This document shows, one piece after another, positions 31,618 through 40,654 of a stretch of 64,000 nucleotides of DNA. The stretch comes from Nitrospira sp. (GTDB lineage: Bacteria > Nitrospirota > Nitrospiria > Nitrospirales > Nitrospiraceae): positions 2,112,001 through 2,176,000 of the forward strand of contig AP038806.1 of NCBI GenBank assembly GCA_047150005.1, read 5' to 3'. The notes under the pieces are model-generated. The model worked only from the letters and a program-made list of their open reading frames with translations. It ran no database searches and was not told the origin of the DNA. The stretch's first letter is position 1; every line of letters starts with the position of its first letter. The position numbers were made by a program, and so were the translations under genes.

Positions 31618-32760
31618 GTGGAGCGCATATGGATTGCCAGACAGATGAGGCGGTTCCCCGGGTTTGTTCGGGCGATCGTCTTCACAGGAATCGTAGGAAT
31701 GACGACCTGGATACCGCAAGCCGAAGCTTCCTGCGGGGCGGTGTCGTGTTTCGTCACGATCGGATCTCAGCAACAGGTTGCGCAGGAAGGGATTCTGACG
31801 CTCAACGGGATTTACAGTTACACGCCGATGCGTGTGCTGCCCGGAACAAACGGAGTGATTCCGGGCGTCGATACGCCTGAGCGGCAGATGATCTTGGACC
31901 ATCATCAGGAGACCAGGACCATCACGCAGATGGCAACGTTGGATCTTAATTACGGAATCACGGAGCGGTGGGGGCTACAAATTACGATCCCCTACATGTG
32001 GCGGACACATCATCACATCGATGGGTTGGGAGAAGACGGCCCGAACGGCGAGGGACAGTCCACCACGTTCTCGTCCGACGGATTGGGGGATATGCGCGTC
32101 GGTCTGAAATACAACGTGCTGCCGACCTTGAGAAGCATGATTACATTGGGCTTTGGCGTATTCCTCCCCACCGGTGTCACGAATGCGGTTGACAGCACCG
32201 GCGCATTGATGGAACCGACCACCCAGCTCGGGCGCGGGCAAGTCGGCTTGAATCCCACGATCTATCAGACATACGAATTGATTCCCCATCGATTGAACGA
32301 GTTCGCCTTCGTGAGCTATCGGCACACCTTCCGGAACAATGTGGGGTACCAGTTCGGAGATCAATGGGATATCAACGGCGGGTTCAATCTTGTGACCGTC
32401 CCTTGGTTGGTGCTGACCGCGCAGGTCAACTACCGATACATGATTCACGACAACTTCAGCAGCTCGCTCTTACGTTCCGCCACTCCTGCGGACGCGCCGG
32501 ATTTTCCGGGCGAACCGGTGGTCATTGACCCTGCCATTCAAAATCGGGCGGTCCCGAACACCGGCTCGACGTTCTTGGCATTTACTCCGGGCTTTCAAGT
32601 GAGTTTCGATGGGATAAGCGATTCTGCCTGGACGAAAATGACATCCGCCTACTTCTATTCTCAGATCCCATTGGTGCGGGATTCCAACAACAGTCTTGCC
32701 CAAGGGACCAGTTTTATCTTTGGGCTCACGCATTCATTCCAAGTGATGACCCCGTCCTAA
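31618..32760 (+). CDS. Outer-membrane beta-barrel 'transporter' (MetA/SphA-like), paralog 1, with N-terminal CxxxxC and His motifs
   Basis: Signal peptide AEA|SCGAVSCF, GLGDMRVGLKY, LPTG, QLGRG, YQFGD and amphipathic strands. Confidence 0.7.
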   Translation: MERIWIARQMRRFPGFVRAIVFTGIVGMTTWIPQAEASCGAVSCFVTIGSQQQVAQEGILTLNGIYSYTPMRVLPGTNGVIPGVDTPERQMILDHHQETRTITQMATLDLNYGITERWGLQITIPYMWRTHHHIDGLGEDGPNGEGQSTTFSSDGLGDMRVGLKYNVLPTLRSMITLGFGVFLPTGVTNAVDSTGALMEPTTQLGRGQVGLNPTIYQTYELIPHRLNEFAFVSYRHTFRNNVGYQFGDQWDINGGFNLVTVPWLVLTAQVNYRYMIHDNFSSSLLRSATPADAPDFPGEPVVIDPAIQNRAVPNTGSTFLAFTPGFQVSFDGISDSAWTKMTSAYFYSQIPLVRDSNNSLAQGTSFIFGLTHSFQVMTPS

Positions 32761-32781
32761 CGTGACGGGAGGAGGTCGAAG

Positions 32782-33324
32782 ATGCGCGACGCGTTAGGTA
32801 TCGCAGTCCTGATGGCCGTGCTGCTCGGACCGTGGGGGGGTGACGGCTGGAGCATGGGCTCGCGTGTGCCGGTGGTGGGCTCGCCGGCAGAGGATTTTCA
32901 GCTGGTCGATTTGACCGGAAGCACGCATAGCCTCGGTCAATATCGAGGGAAAGTCGTCCTCCTGAATTTTTGGGCCACCTGGTGCAAGCCCTGCACGACG
33001 GAAATGCCGGCCATGCAGGCGTCCTACGACAAATTGCGTGACAAGGGTTTCGTCGTGCTGGCGGTCAATGAACTGGAGGACGATGCCAAGGTTCGTGAGC
33101 ACATCGCGTTATACCGCCATACCTTTCCCGTGCTGATGGATCGAGACAACAAAGTCGCGAACCAGTTCGGGGTGTACGGATTGCCGGTGAGCCTGTTCAT
33201 CGATGAAAAAGGCGTCATTCAGGACTACATCAAGGGCGGCTTGCTGACGGAACAAAAGATCCTGGATACAGTCGCTCGTCTCCAGCACAATGAGCCGGTC
33301 AAGGCTGCGGCACTCTCCAAGTGA
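32782..33324 (+). CDS. TlpA/ResA-family thiol-disulfide oxidoreductase 1
   Basis: LNFWATWCKPCTTEMP, YGLPVS, N-terminal signal/TM. Confidence 0.92.
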   Translation: MRDALGIAVLMAVLLGPWGGDGWSMGSRVPVVGSPAEDFQLVDLTGSTHSLGQYRGKVVLLNFWATWCKPCTTEMPAMQASYDKLRDKGFVVLAVNELEDDAKVREHIALYRHTFPVLMDRDNKVANQFGVYGLPVSLFIDEKGVIQDYIKGGLLTEQKILDTVARLQHNEPVKAAALSK

Positions 33325-33382
33325 GTGGAAGAGAGTCCTGCGGAGGAGTCGTCTTCTCGCAGAGCGTAGAAATGGTGATTGG

Positions 33383-34423
33383 ATGATGCAGGGACAGATC
33401 GATCGGCGGTTACTATCCGCTTGGGGCGTCTCGCTTGCCCTTCACGCGGCGGCGATTGGGCTGACACTGGCGTTCCTGGCACAGATCGACCCGGCGCTCA
33501 AGCAAGAGACGTTCCATTGGGAGGTCGCGCTCGTCGACGCCCCGGCTCCGGCGCCGACTCCTGCTCCGGTCGTGACGGAGTCCGTCGTCACGCCGGTACA
33601 GCCCAAGGCCCGACCGACCGCGGCCCCGTCCGCTCCCGCCCCTGCACCGGAGACGCCGGTCCATCGCGTCGCGCCGCAGGAAAGCGTTCAAATGGTGCAT
33701 CCGGTGATCGAGACCCTCCGACCGGTCGAGCAGAAGGTTGAACCGGCGCCTCAGCAGAAACCGGAGCCGGTCGAGCGTCAGGTCGAGGTCGTGCAGCACA
33801 CAGTCGAGCCGATCGTGCAGAAGGTCGAGGAGACTCCGACCATCGAGCCGACGGTTCATGCCACGGCGGAGGCGAAACCTGTGGACCCGGCGCCTGCCGA
33901 GACGGTGGTGCCGCAGCATCGCCCGGTCGTTCCGGCAGAAGCCCCCGCGCCGGCGCCGCCTGCTCAGGCGGTTGAGGAGGTCGCTGTGGCCGCGCCCTCG
34001 CCCGCTCCGGCGGAGACCGCCGCGCCTGCATCTGAACACACCGATGCCCCACCGGCGCCGGGGCCGGCATCGGCCCCCGTCGACACGCCGCAAGTCATGG
34101 CGAAGGCCGCAACCGGAGTGCCGGAGGCCAAAGCGGATCACCGGTGGCTGGCCGAATCCCTCTGGCGGCGGGTCGCGGAATTGAAGCGCTATCCGCACTC
34201 CGCCCGCATGAACGGGTTGCAGGGCAAGGTCGTCTTGAAGGCGGTCATTCGATCGGACGGGCATCTGGCCGAGGTGACGGTGCAGAAGAGTTCTGGGCAT
34301 AGTGTGCTCGATGCCGCGGCCATGGAGGCGGTGAAGCTGGCCTGCCCACTCCATATGAAGCATGAGTTGGGAAAACCGCAGATCGTCGTGAGCTTGCCGA
34401 TCGTCTATAGCTTGGCGAATTGA
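33383..34423 (+). CDS. tonB: TonB-family energy transducer
   Basis: N-terminal SLALH anchor, Pro/Glu-rich linker, C-terminal RYP..AR..GLQGKV...SSG..LD.AA domain. Confidence 0.88.
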   Translation: MMQGQIDRRLLSAWGVSLALHAAAIGLTLAFLAQIDPALKQETFHWEVALVDAPAPAPTPAPVVTESVVTPVQPKARPTAAPSAPAPAPETPVHRVAPQESVQMVHPVIETLRPVEQKVEPAPQQKPEPVERQVEVVQHTVEPIVQKVEETPTIEPTVHATAEAKPVDPAPAETVVPQHRPVVPAEAPAPAPPAQAVEEVAVAAPSPAPAETAAPASEHTDAPPAPGPASAPVDTPQVMAKAATGVPEAKADHRWLAESLWRRVAELKRYPHSARMNGLQGKVVLKAVIRSDGHLAEVTVQKSSGHSVLDAAAMEAVKLACPLHMKHELGKPQIVVSLPIVYSLAN

Positions 34424-34458
34424 TCCGGCGGGGTTCGTGATTCGGAGATCCGCAGACC

Positions 34459-35772
34459 ATGACATTTGAGCACAGCAACCGAAGATCCGACGGGATGCTA
34501 GCTCGGTTTTCCGTTTGGCCGGCGGTATTCTCGCTGACGGCTTCGATCGCCTGGGCCGGTGGGTCCGCTTCACCGGCCGCCTTCGGTTCCAAGCATGTGA
34601 CGGTTCATCAAGTGAAGAACGTCGTCGGTCCGACCGTGCAGATCGACGAGGCGGGTATCGTGTTCGCCGCCTGGGTCGAAGAAGACAAAGACATCCGGAC
34701 GATTTGGTTTGCGCGGAGCGAGGAACCGGGAGGTCCGCTCGCCTCCCCGGTGCGGATCAACGACCCGTCCGAGAATCCGTACTACCGGCAGGAGGCGCCC
34801 GCGCTGGTGATACGCGGGAACGCGGTGTTCGTGACCTGGGCGCTGACCCATCCCAAAATGACCCCGGACAAGCCGTTCTCCAGCGAACTCCGATTGAGCC
34901 GCTCCGACGACGGAGGTCGTACATTCGCTCCCTCGATCTTGGTCAACGACGATGGGCAGGTGATCAATCATACGTTCGACGCGATGCAGGTCGCCCCGGA
35001 CGGCGCGGTGCATGTCGCATGGATCGATGGGCGCGAGGGAAAGAAGGAACCGGGGACGTTCGTCGCCAAGTCGGCGGATCACGGTCGCACCTTTACCAAG
35101 AATCTCAAGGTGGATGACAACACCTGCGTCTGCTGCCGCACCGCGTTGGCGACCTCCGGCGACGGCGTCGTCTATCTCGCCTGGCGGAAAATCTTCGAGG
35201 ACCAGGTCCGTGAGATCGTCGTGTCTCGATCGACGGATGGCGGAAACACGTTCTCCGCCCCGGTCATTGTGGGACACGATCGATGGATGTATCCCGCCTG
35301 CCCGCATCGTCCGGCTTCCCTCGGTGTGGATCGGCGCGGACGCCTGTACGTCGTGTGGTACACGGAGGGCGCCGACGAGACGCCGTCGATCTACCTGGCT
35401 TACTCCGACGACCAGGGACGGACCTTTTCTCCCAAGCAGCAACTGAACCGATCAAAGGGAACGTTCCCGGATCATCCGCACATGGCGGTGGATTCCGAGG
35501 GGCGCGTCGTGGTGGTGTGGGAAGAGCAATCGCCGGTCCGCCGCGAGGTCGTCGTCAGCCGGTCCCTCGACCGCGGAGAGTCGTTCAGCGCGCCGGTGAA
35601 GGTCAACGAGAAGAACGGACAGACCCCGACAGTGGCGGTGAACGCCGTGGGCTCGGCCGTCATCGGATGGAAAGAACATGCGATGCCCGCCCACCGGCTG
35701 GTCGTCCAGACCATGCAGTTGGCTCCGGTGGAAACCACGATCGGAAAGGCGGAGTCCGCTCATGGCCCGTGA
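34459..35772 (+). CDS. Periplasmic BNR/Asp-box (sialidase-like fold) protein with CxCC and CPH motifs
   Basis: Repeated S.D.G.TF Asp-boxes (five visible), TCVCCRT, ACPH. Start may be 34495. Confidence 0.8.
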   Translation: MTFEHSNRRSDGMLARFSVWPAVFSLTASIAWAGGSASPAAFGSKHVTVHQVKNVVGPTVQIDEAGIVFAAWVEEDKDIRTIWFARSEEPGGPLASPVRINDPSENPYYRQEAPALVIRGNAVFVTWALTHPKMTPDKPFSSELRLSRSDDGGRTFAPSILVNDDGQVINHTFDAMQVAPDGAVHVAWIDGREGKKEPGTFVAKSADHGRTFTKNLKVDDNTCVCCRTALATSGDGVVYLAWRKIFEDQVREIVVSRSTDGGNTFSAPVIVGHDRWMYPACPHRPASLGVDRRGRLYVVWYTEGADETPSIYLAYSDDQGRTFSPKQQLNRSKGTFPDHPHMAVDSEGRVVVVWEEQSPVRREVVVSRSLDRGESFSAPVKVNEKNGQTPTVAVNAVGSAVIGWKEHAMPAHRLVVQTMQLAPVETTIGKAESAHGP

Positions 35773-36328
35773 CGCTGTGCGTTGGCTCGGTCCGGCGCTG
35801 ATCGGCGGCGCGCTCATGCTCGTGGCCGCCGATCCCGTAGGCATGGCCGGTGCGGCGCCCGCCGATCCGTTTACGGCGCTTCGCGTCACTCCTTCGGCGA
35901 CCCCCGCGTCGGTCACGCCGTTCGATCTCACCACGCTGGACGGCCGGTCGCTCCGTTCGCAGGACTTGGCCGGGAAGGTGGTCCTGCTCAATTTCTGGGC
36001 AACCTGGTGCGGCCCCTGTAAGGAGGAGATGCCGTCGTTGGCGCGGCTCCAGACCCGCTTCGATCCCGCGCAGGTCCAAATCCTGACGGTCACGGCCGAT
36101 CGGCATCCGCAGGGTATTCGCCAGTTCTTCGGTCAGCTCGGCATCAGCCTGCCGGTGCTCTTCGATGAGGATCAGGAGGTCTCCCGGACCTTCATGGTCC
36201 GTGGATTGCCCACGACTGTGCTGATCGCGCCGGACGGCCGTGTGTCCGGACGAGCGGTGGGACCGAGGGCCTGGGACAGCGACGAATCGGTCGCGCTCGT
36301 GCGGCATCTGCTTGAAGAGCATCCATGA
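35762..36328 (+). CDS. TlpA-family thiol-disulfide oxidoreductase 2
   Basis: LNFWATWCGPCKEEMP, RGLPTT, GPRAWD. Confidence 0.9.
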   Translation: MARDAVRWLGPALIGGALMLVAADPVGMAGAAPADPFTALRVTPSATPASVTPFDLTTLDGRSLRSQDLAGKVVLLNFWATWCGPCKEEMPSLARLQTRFDPAQVQILTVTADRHPQGIRQFFGQLGISLPVLFDEDQEVSRTFMVRGLPTTVLIAPDGRVSGRAVGPRAWDSDESVALVRHLLEEHP

Positions 36329-36633
36329 CACGTCTGCTGACCCCCCTCGCCGGCGCCATCACGGTTCTCTACCTCGCGTTGACCATCGGAGCAGCCGGGT
36401 GTCTGTCCGAAACGGCGGCTTCTCCGGCGACCACCCATCATCATAGTCCGTCGCATGTGTCCCATTCCCCTTTATGTGCCTGGGCTTGCCAGGCGAATCC
36501 TGTCGTAGCCGGCCTCTTCATCGCGCCGGCAAAGCTGTTGTTCACGTTCCTCCTGTTGTTGCCGCTGCTGACCCTGACCTTCCATGCCCGCTTTTCTTCC
36601 CCCGGTTCCCTGTCCCGCGCGCCTCCTCGCTAA
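36325..36633 (+). CDS. DUF2946/CruR-like leader protein 2 (TM, THHHSPSHVSH, CAWAC, C-terminal RAPP)
   Basis: ATGA overlap with tlpA2. Ends SRAPPR*. Lies upstream of the TonB-dependent receptor. Confidence 0.75.
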   Translation: MTRLLTPLAGAITVLYLALTIGAAGCLSETAASPATTHHHSPSHVSHSPLCAWACQANPVVAGLFIAPAKLLFTFLLLLPLLTLTFHARFSSPGSLSRAPPR

Positions 36634-36746
36634 CCGACCGTCACCATATTTCGCTAGGGCCCGTCATCGACGCTTTGCGGGGCAAGTTTGGCCCAGGCGC
36701 GTCCGGCTTTCTGTCCGCATACGTTCATTGCAAGGAGTGTCCAGTC

Positions 36747-39101
36747 ATGTCCATACGAATCGGGGTCGTGGTGCGAGGGCTCGCGGCGGCCGTAGCCGTA
36801 GCGATCACCGTCGGTGCCGTTTGCGGGAGCGGCTTGTGGGCGCAGGAGACGCCCTCAGCCGAGCCGCCGTCTCAGCGGGAGCAGGAATTGCGCGAACAAC
36901 TCAAGGGGATTCTCCAAGAACTCGAAGAGATCCAGCACAAAAAGGAGACCGCCGCGCCGGAGGGAGAACGTCCGACCATCGTGAAAGAAAAAGAGCAGGC
37001 TTTCACCGAAGAGCCGGAATCGCCACATGAGGCGATTCCGGAATTCGAACTTGCCGACATGAGCATCGTCAGCAACCGGCTGCAGAAACGTCCTGAAGGC
37101 GTGTCGATATCTTCGACGGTTTCCGCTGAGACGGATTCGCAGCCGACCCGGACGATGCAAGAGTCCATACAGTCGCTGCCCGGCATTATGCTGCGGCAGG
37201 CGAACGGACCGAGGGACTTCAGCATCACGATCCGCGGTATGGGAGCCAAAACCGCGTTTGCGATCCGGGATATCAAGGTGTACGAGGACGGCATCAGCCA
37301 AACCCAGTCCGACGGCTTGTCCCGGCTCGATATTCAGGATCCCTGGTTTATGCGATCGGTGGAAGTGACGCGCGGCGCCTCGTCTTCGCTGTACGACAAC
37401 TTTGCGCTCGGCGGCATGGTGCATTTCAGGACCAGGCGCGGCAGCGATATCAACGGGGTCGAGGCCTTCGTCTCCGGCGGTTCGTTCGGCTACTTCAAAC
37501 AGGCGCTCGCCGTGGGCCAACATACGGACCGGCTCGATCTGTCCATGTTCGCCAGCAACGCGGCCGAGGACGGATTCATCCAGCACAGCAACTACAACAC
37601 CCAAACGCTCAACTTCAATTTCCGCTTCAACGTGGACGACCGGCAAAGTTTCTACTTCAAGGCGATCACGAATTGGCTCGACACCAGAGTGCCCACCAGG
37701 TTGACCCAGGCCCAGTTCAACCAGGATGATCGTCAGGCCGGAGGTTCGCAGACCATCTGCGCGTCAGGAACGTACAACCCCGGCTGCGCCAATGCCATTG
37801 CGCTCAATCAAGGACGCGTCGATCGCCGAACGATCGTGGGGGGCTTGTATGAACGGCAACTGAACGCCAGCACGGTCCTGACGATCGAAGCGGACTACGA
37901 CGTGAAGGACATCAACCAGTACTTTTCGCAGATCTTCGACAACGTGAATCCAAACTACAAGACCTACGCAGATCTCCGGCATGACGGCAGTCTCGGCCAG
38001 ATGCCGCTCAAGAGCTACGTCGGCTTCTTCTTGAACAGCATGGAGCAGGAAGGGAACACGTTCCAAAACCTTGCAACCGGATACGGAACCAGAGGGACGC
38101 TGCTTCAGAACAACCGAGGACGCATCAACAATGTCGGCGGCCGGATACGGGAAGAGTTGGAATTCGTGCCCAAGTGGACGGCGGCACTGGGACTCGGATT
38201 CGAGCAGTCGCTGGTGAGCGTCGACACGATCAATTACGACAACGCCGGCGCCGTGGCGAACCGGCCGAGCGTCACCAGAAACTTCACGAATTGGGCACCG
38301 GAAGCCTCAGTCACCTGGAAGCCGGCCGAGGCCTATCGCCACTGGGTCCGAAGCTCGACGGGTTACGGGATTCCGACGTTCGGCCAGCTCACCAGAGACC
38401 CGATTACCGGACTGCCGGGATCGAACTTCGATTTGAAGCCGCAGAAAAACTGGAACAATGAAATCGGCACGGAATCGAAGCTTACGAAGGATCTGACCGT
38501 CCAGTTGGTGGGATTCTGGACGTTCTTCAAGGACGAGATCATCACGCAGACCATTACTGGAGGCAACACGGCGTCGGTCAATGCCGACTCCTCGCAATAT
38601 CGAGGCATCGAAGCGTCGTATGACTGGCGACCGTTGACGGGCCTGCGCCTGTCCGGCGCCTATACCCACATCGATGCGTCCTACACCAATTTCACCGATC
38701 GGACCGCCGCTGGATTTCTGAGCCGTGACGGCAAGAAGGTTCCCAACGTGCCTACGGACATCTTGAATCTCAAGATGGAGTACGACCATCATCCCAGCGG
38801 GTGGGGAGGGTGGCTCGAAGGCAACTATGCCAACAGCTACTTCTTGAACAACAACAATACCGTGGGGATTCCATCCTATTTCATCGGGACGGCGAACATT
38901 CACAAAAACATCGACGTGAAGAGCTCCTGGTTCCGCTTCGCCAAGTTGTATGTCCAGGTGGACAACATCGCCGACATGAAGTATGCCGCCTCGGGCCAGG
39001 TCGTCACGGGCGAGACAGCGGCGCAGGCGGCCGCGCAACAGTTGTTCTTCGCCGGTTACGGACGAGCGATCTACGGCGGCGTCACGCTGGGCTTGTTCTG
39101 A
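36747..39101 (+). CDS. TonB-dependent receptor with N-terminal coiled-coil extension
   Basis: Plug motifs (ITIRG, VEVTRGASSSLY..ALGG), LKPQK, SQYRGIE, and C-terminal GRAIYGGVTLGLF. AAGGAG RBS. Confidence 0.92.
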   Translation: MSIRIGVVVRGLAAAVAVAITVGAVCGSGLWAQETPSAEPPSQREQELREQLKGILQELEEIQHKKETAAPEGERPTIVKEKEQAFTEEPESPHEAIPEFELADMSIVSNRLQKRPEGVSISSTVSAETDSQPTRTMQESIQSLPGIMLRQANGPRDFSITIRGMGAKTAFAIRDIKVYEDGISQTQSDGLSRLDIQDPWFMRSVEVTRGASSSLYDNFALGGMVHFRTRRGSDINGVEAFVSGGSFGYFKQALAVGQHTDRLDLSMFASNAAEDGFIQHSNYNTQTLNFNFRFNVDDRQSFYFKAITNWLDTRVPTRLTQAQFNQDDRQAGGSQTICASGTYNPGCANAIALNQGRVDRRTIVGGLYERQLNASTVLTIEADYDVKDINQYFSQIFDNVNPNYKTYADLRHDGSLGQMPLKSYVGFFLNSMEQEGNTFQNLATGYGTRGTLLQNNRGRINNVGGRIREELEFVPKWTAALGLGFEQSLVSVDTINYDNAGAVANRPSVTRNFTNWAPEASVTWKPAEAYRHWVRSSTGYGIPTFGQLTRDPITGLPGSNFDLKPQKNWNNEIGTESKLTKDLTVQLVGFWTFFKDEIITQTITGGNTASVNADSSQYRGIEASYDWRPLTGLRLSGAYTHIDASYTNFTDRTAAGFLSRDGKKVPNVPTDILNLKMEYDHHPSGWGGWLEGNYANSYFLNNNNTVGIPSYFIGTANIHKNIDVKSSWFRFAKLYVQVDNIADMKYAASGQVVTGETAAQAAAQQLFFAGYGRAIYGGVTLGLF

Positions 39102-39163
39102 GCGGATGTGTCGAGCGGGAGGCCGCAACCGGCACTCCTACTCGACAGATCAAGGAGGTCTGT

Positions 39164-39460
39164 ATGGAGAAGAGACTATTCCGTGTCGGAGAAGCCGCGG
39201 ACTTTCTCTCCGTCAGCCGATGGACCATCTATCGCTGGTTGGAACAGGGAAAGTTGAAAGGCACCAAGATCGGCAAAGGAAGCACCAGAGTGTTTCGCGA
39301 ATCGCTGGATGGATTGATTCAGCAGAGTCGGACGGACGATCGGAGCTGCGGCGCCGACCCAGCAGTGAAGCCACCCTCCACCGTGCCGGCATTCACCATA
39401 CAGTCCTCGTTGCTGCGATGCGATCACACGCGCAGGCCTTATACTCCAGGGCGTCCGTAG
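39164..39460 (+). CDS. Small HTH_17 (excisionase/MerR-like) DNA-binding protein 1
   Basis: LFRVGEAADFLSVSRWTIYRWLEQGKLKGTKIG, with an AAGGAGG RBS. Confidence 0.82.
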   Translation: MEKRLFRVGEAADFLSVSRWTIYRWLEQGKLKGTKIGKGSTRVFRESLDGLIQQSRTDDRSCGADPAVKPPSTVPAFTIQSSLLRCDHTRRPYTPGRP

Positions 39461-39686
39461 CCCGCCGTCCTTTCTTCCCTTTCCCTGCCGCCCGCCCTAC
39501 CGTCTCCTGCCGAGCCGAAGGTTCGCGCCCGAGCAAGCGCGCGACCAGCTCGCGCGCGGAAAACTGTAGCAACGATAGGTATCCATCGGCGTCCATCGGT
39601 AGACGTCCCTTTTGGAGTCCCGCTACCCTTGCGATCCGGAACGGGATTTCTAACCGGTTGTCCGAAAAGCAGCGCAAGGATCATCG

Positions 39687-40250
39687 ATGTGCCGACGACC
39701 AGACCGAGTGGTCAGTCTTGGAATACTCCTGGGACTCATCCTTTCAACCCTCGTGCTTGAGTTGCCGGTTGCCTGGCCCATGGGATCACGGGTGCCGATG
39801 GCGGGCATGGTCGCCGAGGATTTCCAACTCGCCGATCTTCATGGCGACATGCATAGCTTGGCCAGGTATCGAGGCAAGGTCGTGCTCGTAAATTTTTGGG
39901 CGACCTGGTGCAAGCCCTGTACGACTGAAATGCCCGCCATGCAGAGCTGCTACGACAGATTGCGGGACAAGGGCTTCGTCGTGCTCGCCGTCAACGAGTT
40001 GGAGGAGGACGAGAAAGTCCGTGAGCACGTCAAACAGTAGGGCCATACGTTTCCGGTGCTGATGGACCGCGACAACAAGGTGGCCAACCAGTTCGGCGTC
40101 TACGGTTTGCCGGTCAGTGTGTTTATCGACGAGAAGGGGGTTGTCCAGGAATACATCAAGGGCGGCCTCCTGACCGAACAGAAGATCTACGACATCGTGG
40201 CCCGCATCCACAGGCAAGAGCCGGCAAGATCCCCGGCCTCCAGCTCCTAA
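39687..40250 (+). pseudogene. TlpA paralog 3 interrupted by an in-frame TAG at 40038-40040
   Basis: Near-identical to tlpA1 on both sides of the stop (KVREHVKQ*GHTFPVLMDRDNK vs KVREHIALYRHTFPVLMDRDNK). TAG aligns to a Tyr codon. Confidence 0.8.
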
Positions 40251-40252
40251 CG

Positions 40253-40564
40253 ATGGGCAGACCATTCTTCAAGAGATCATGGCTGGTGTGGTCGCTGCTG
40301 GTGTGTCTCGTTCTCGCGAGCGGGTTCATGATCGCGTCCAGCGCCGGTCATCTCGACCACCATACCGGTCATCACTCGGGAACCCATGCAACCGGGCCCT
40401 GCGCCTGGCTCTGCGCCGCCGGGCAGGCGGTTGAGTCCGGCCTTGTGCATCTGGATGCGCAAGACCGATCGACGCTTCCGGTGGACTGGCTCACGCGTGA
40501 TGCCCCTACTGCCTCTATCCCCCTTCGTATCTGGTTTCGCGGACCTCCTCACTTCTCCATCTAG
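40253..40564 (+). CDS. DUF2946/CruR-like leader protein 3 (TM, HLDHHTGHHSGTH, CAWLC, C-terminal RGPP)
   Basis: Paralog of 31165-31488 (C.W.CAAG). Lies upstream of barrel paralog 2. Confidence 0.75.
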   Translation: MGRPFFKRSWLVWSLLVCLVLASGFMIASSAGHLDHHTGHHSGTHATGPCAWLCAAGQAVESGLVHLDAQDRSTLPVDWLTRDAPTASIPLRIWFRGPPHFSI

Positions 40565-40654
40565 CTCGTCGAATCGATAGCCTTGCACGGCACCTCTCCA
40601 CCAGGAGGGGCTGGTGCAATTGTCTCGGTTCCCTTTTACGAGAGATTCGTCATC

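Noticed and set aside
40038..40040. Programmed amber readthrough (pyrrolysine) in tlpA3
   Set aside because: The position aligns to a non-catalytic Tyr one substitution away, and no pyl genes are in the window. Mutation or sequencing error is simpler.
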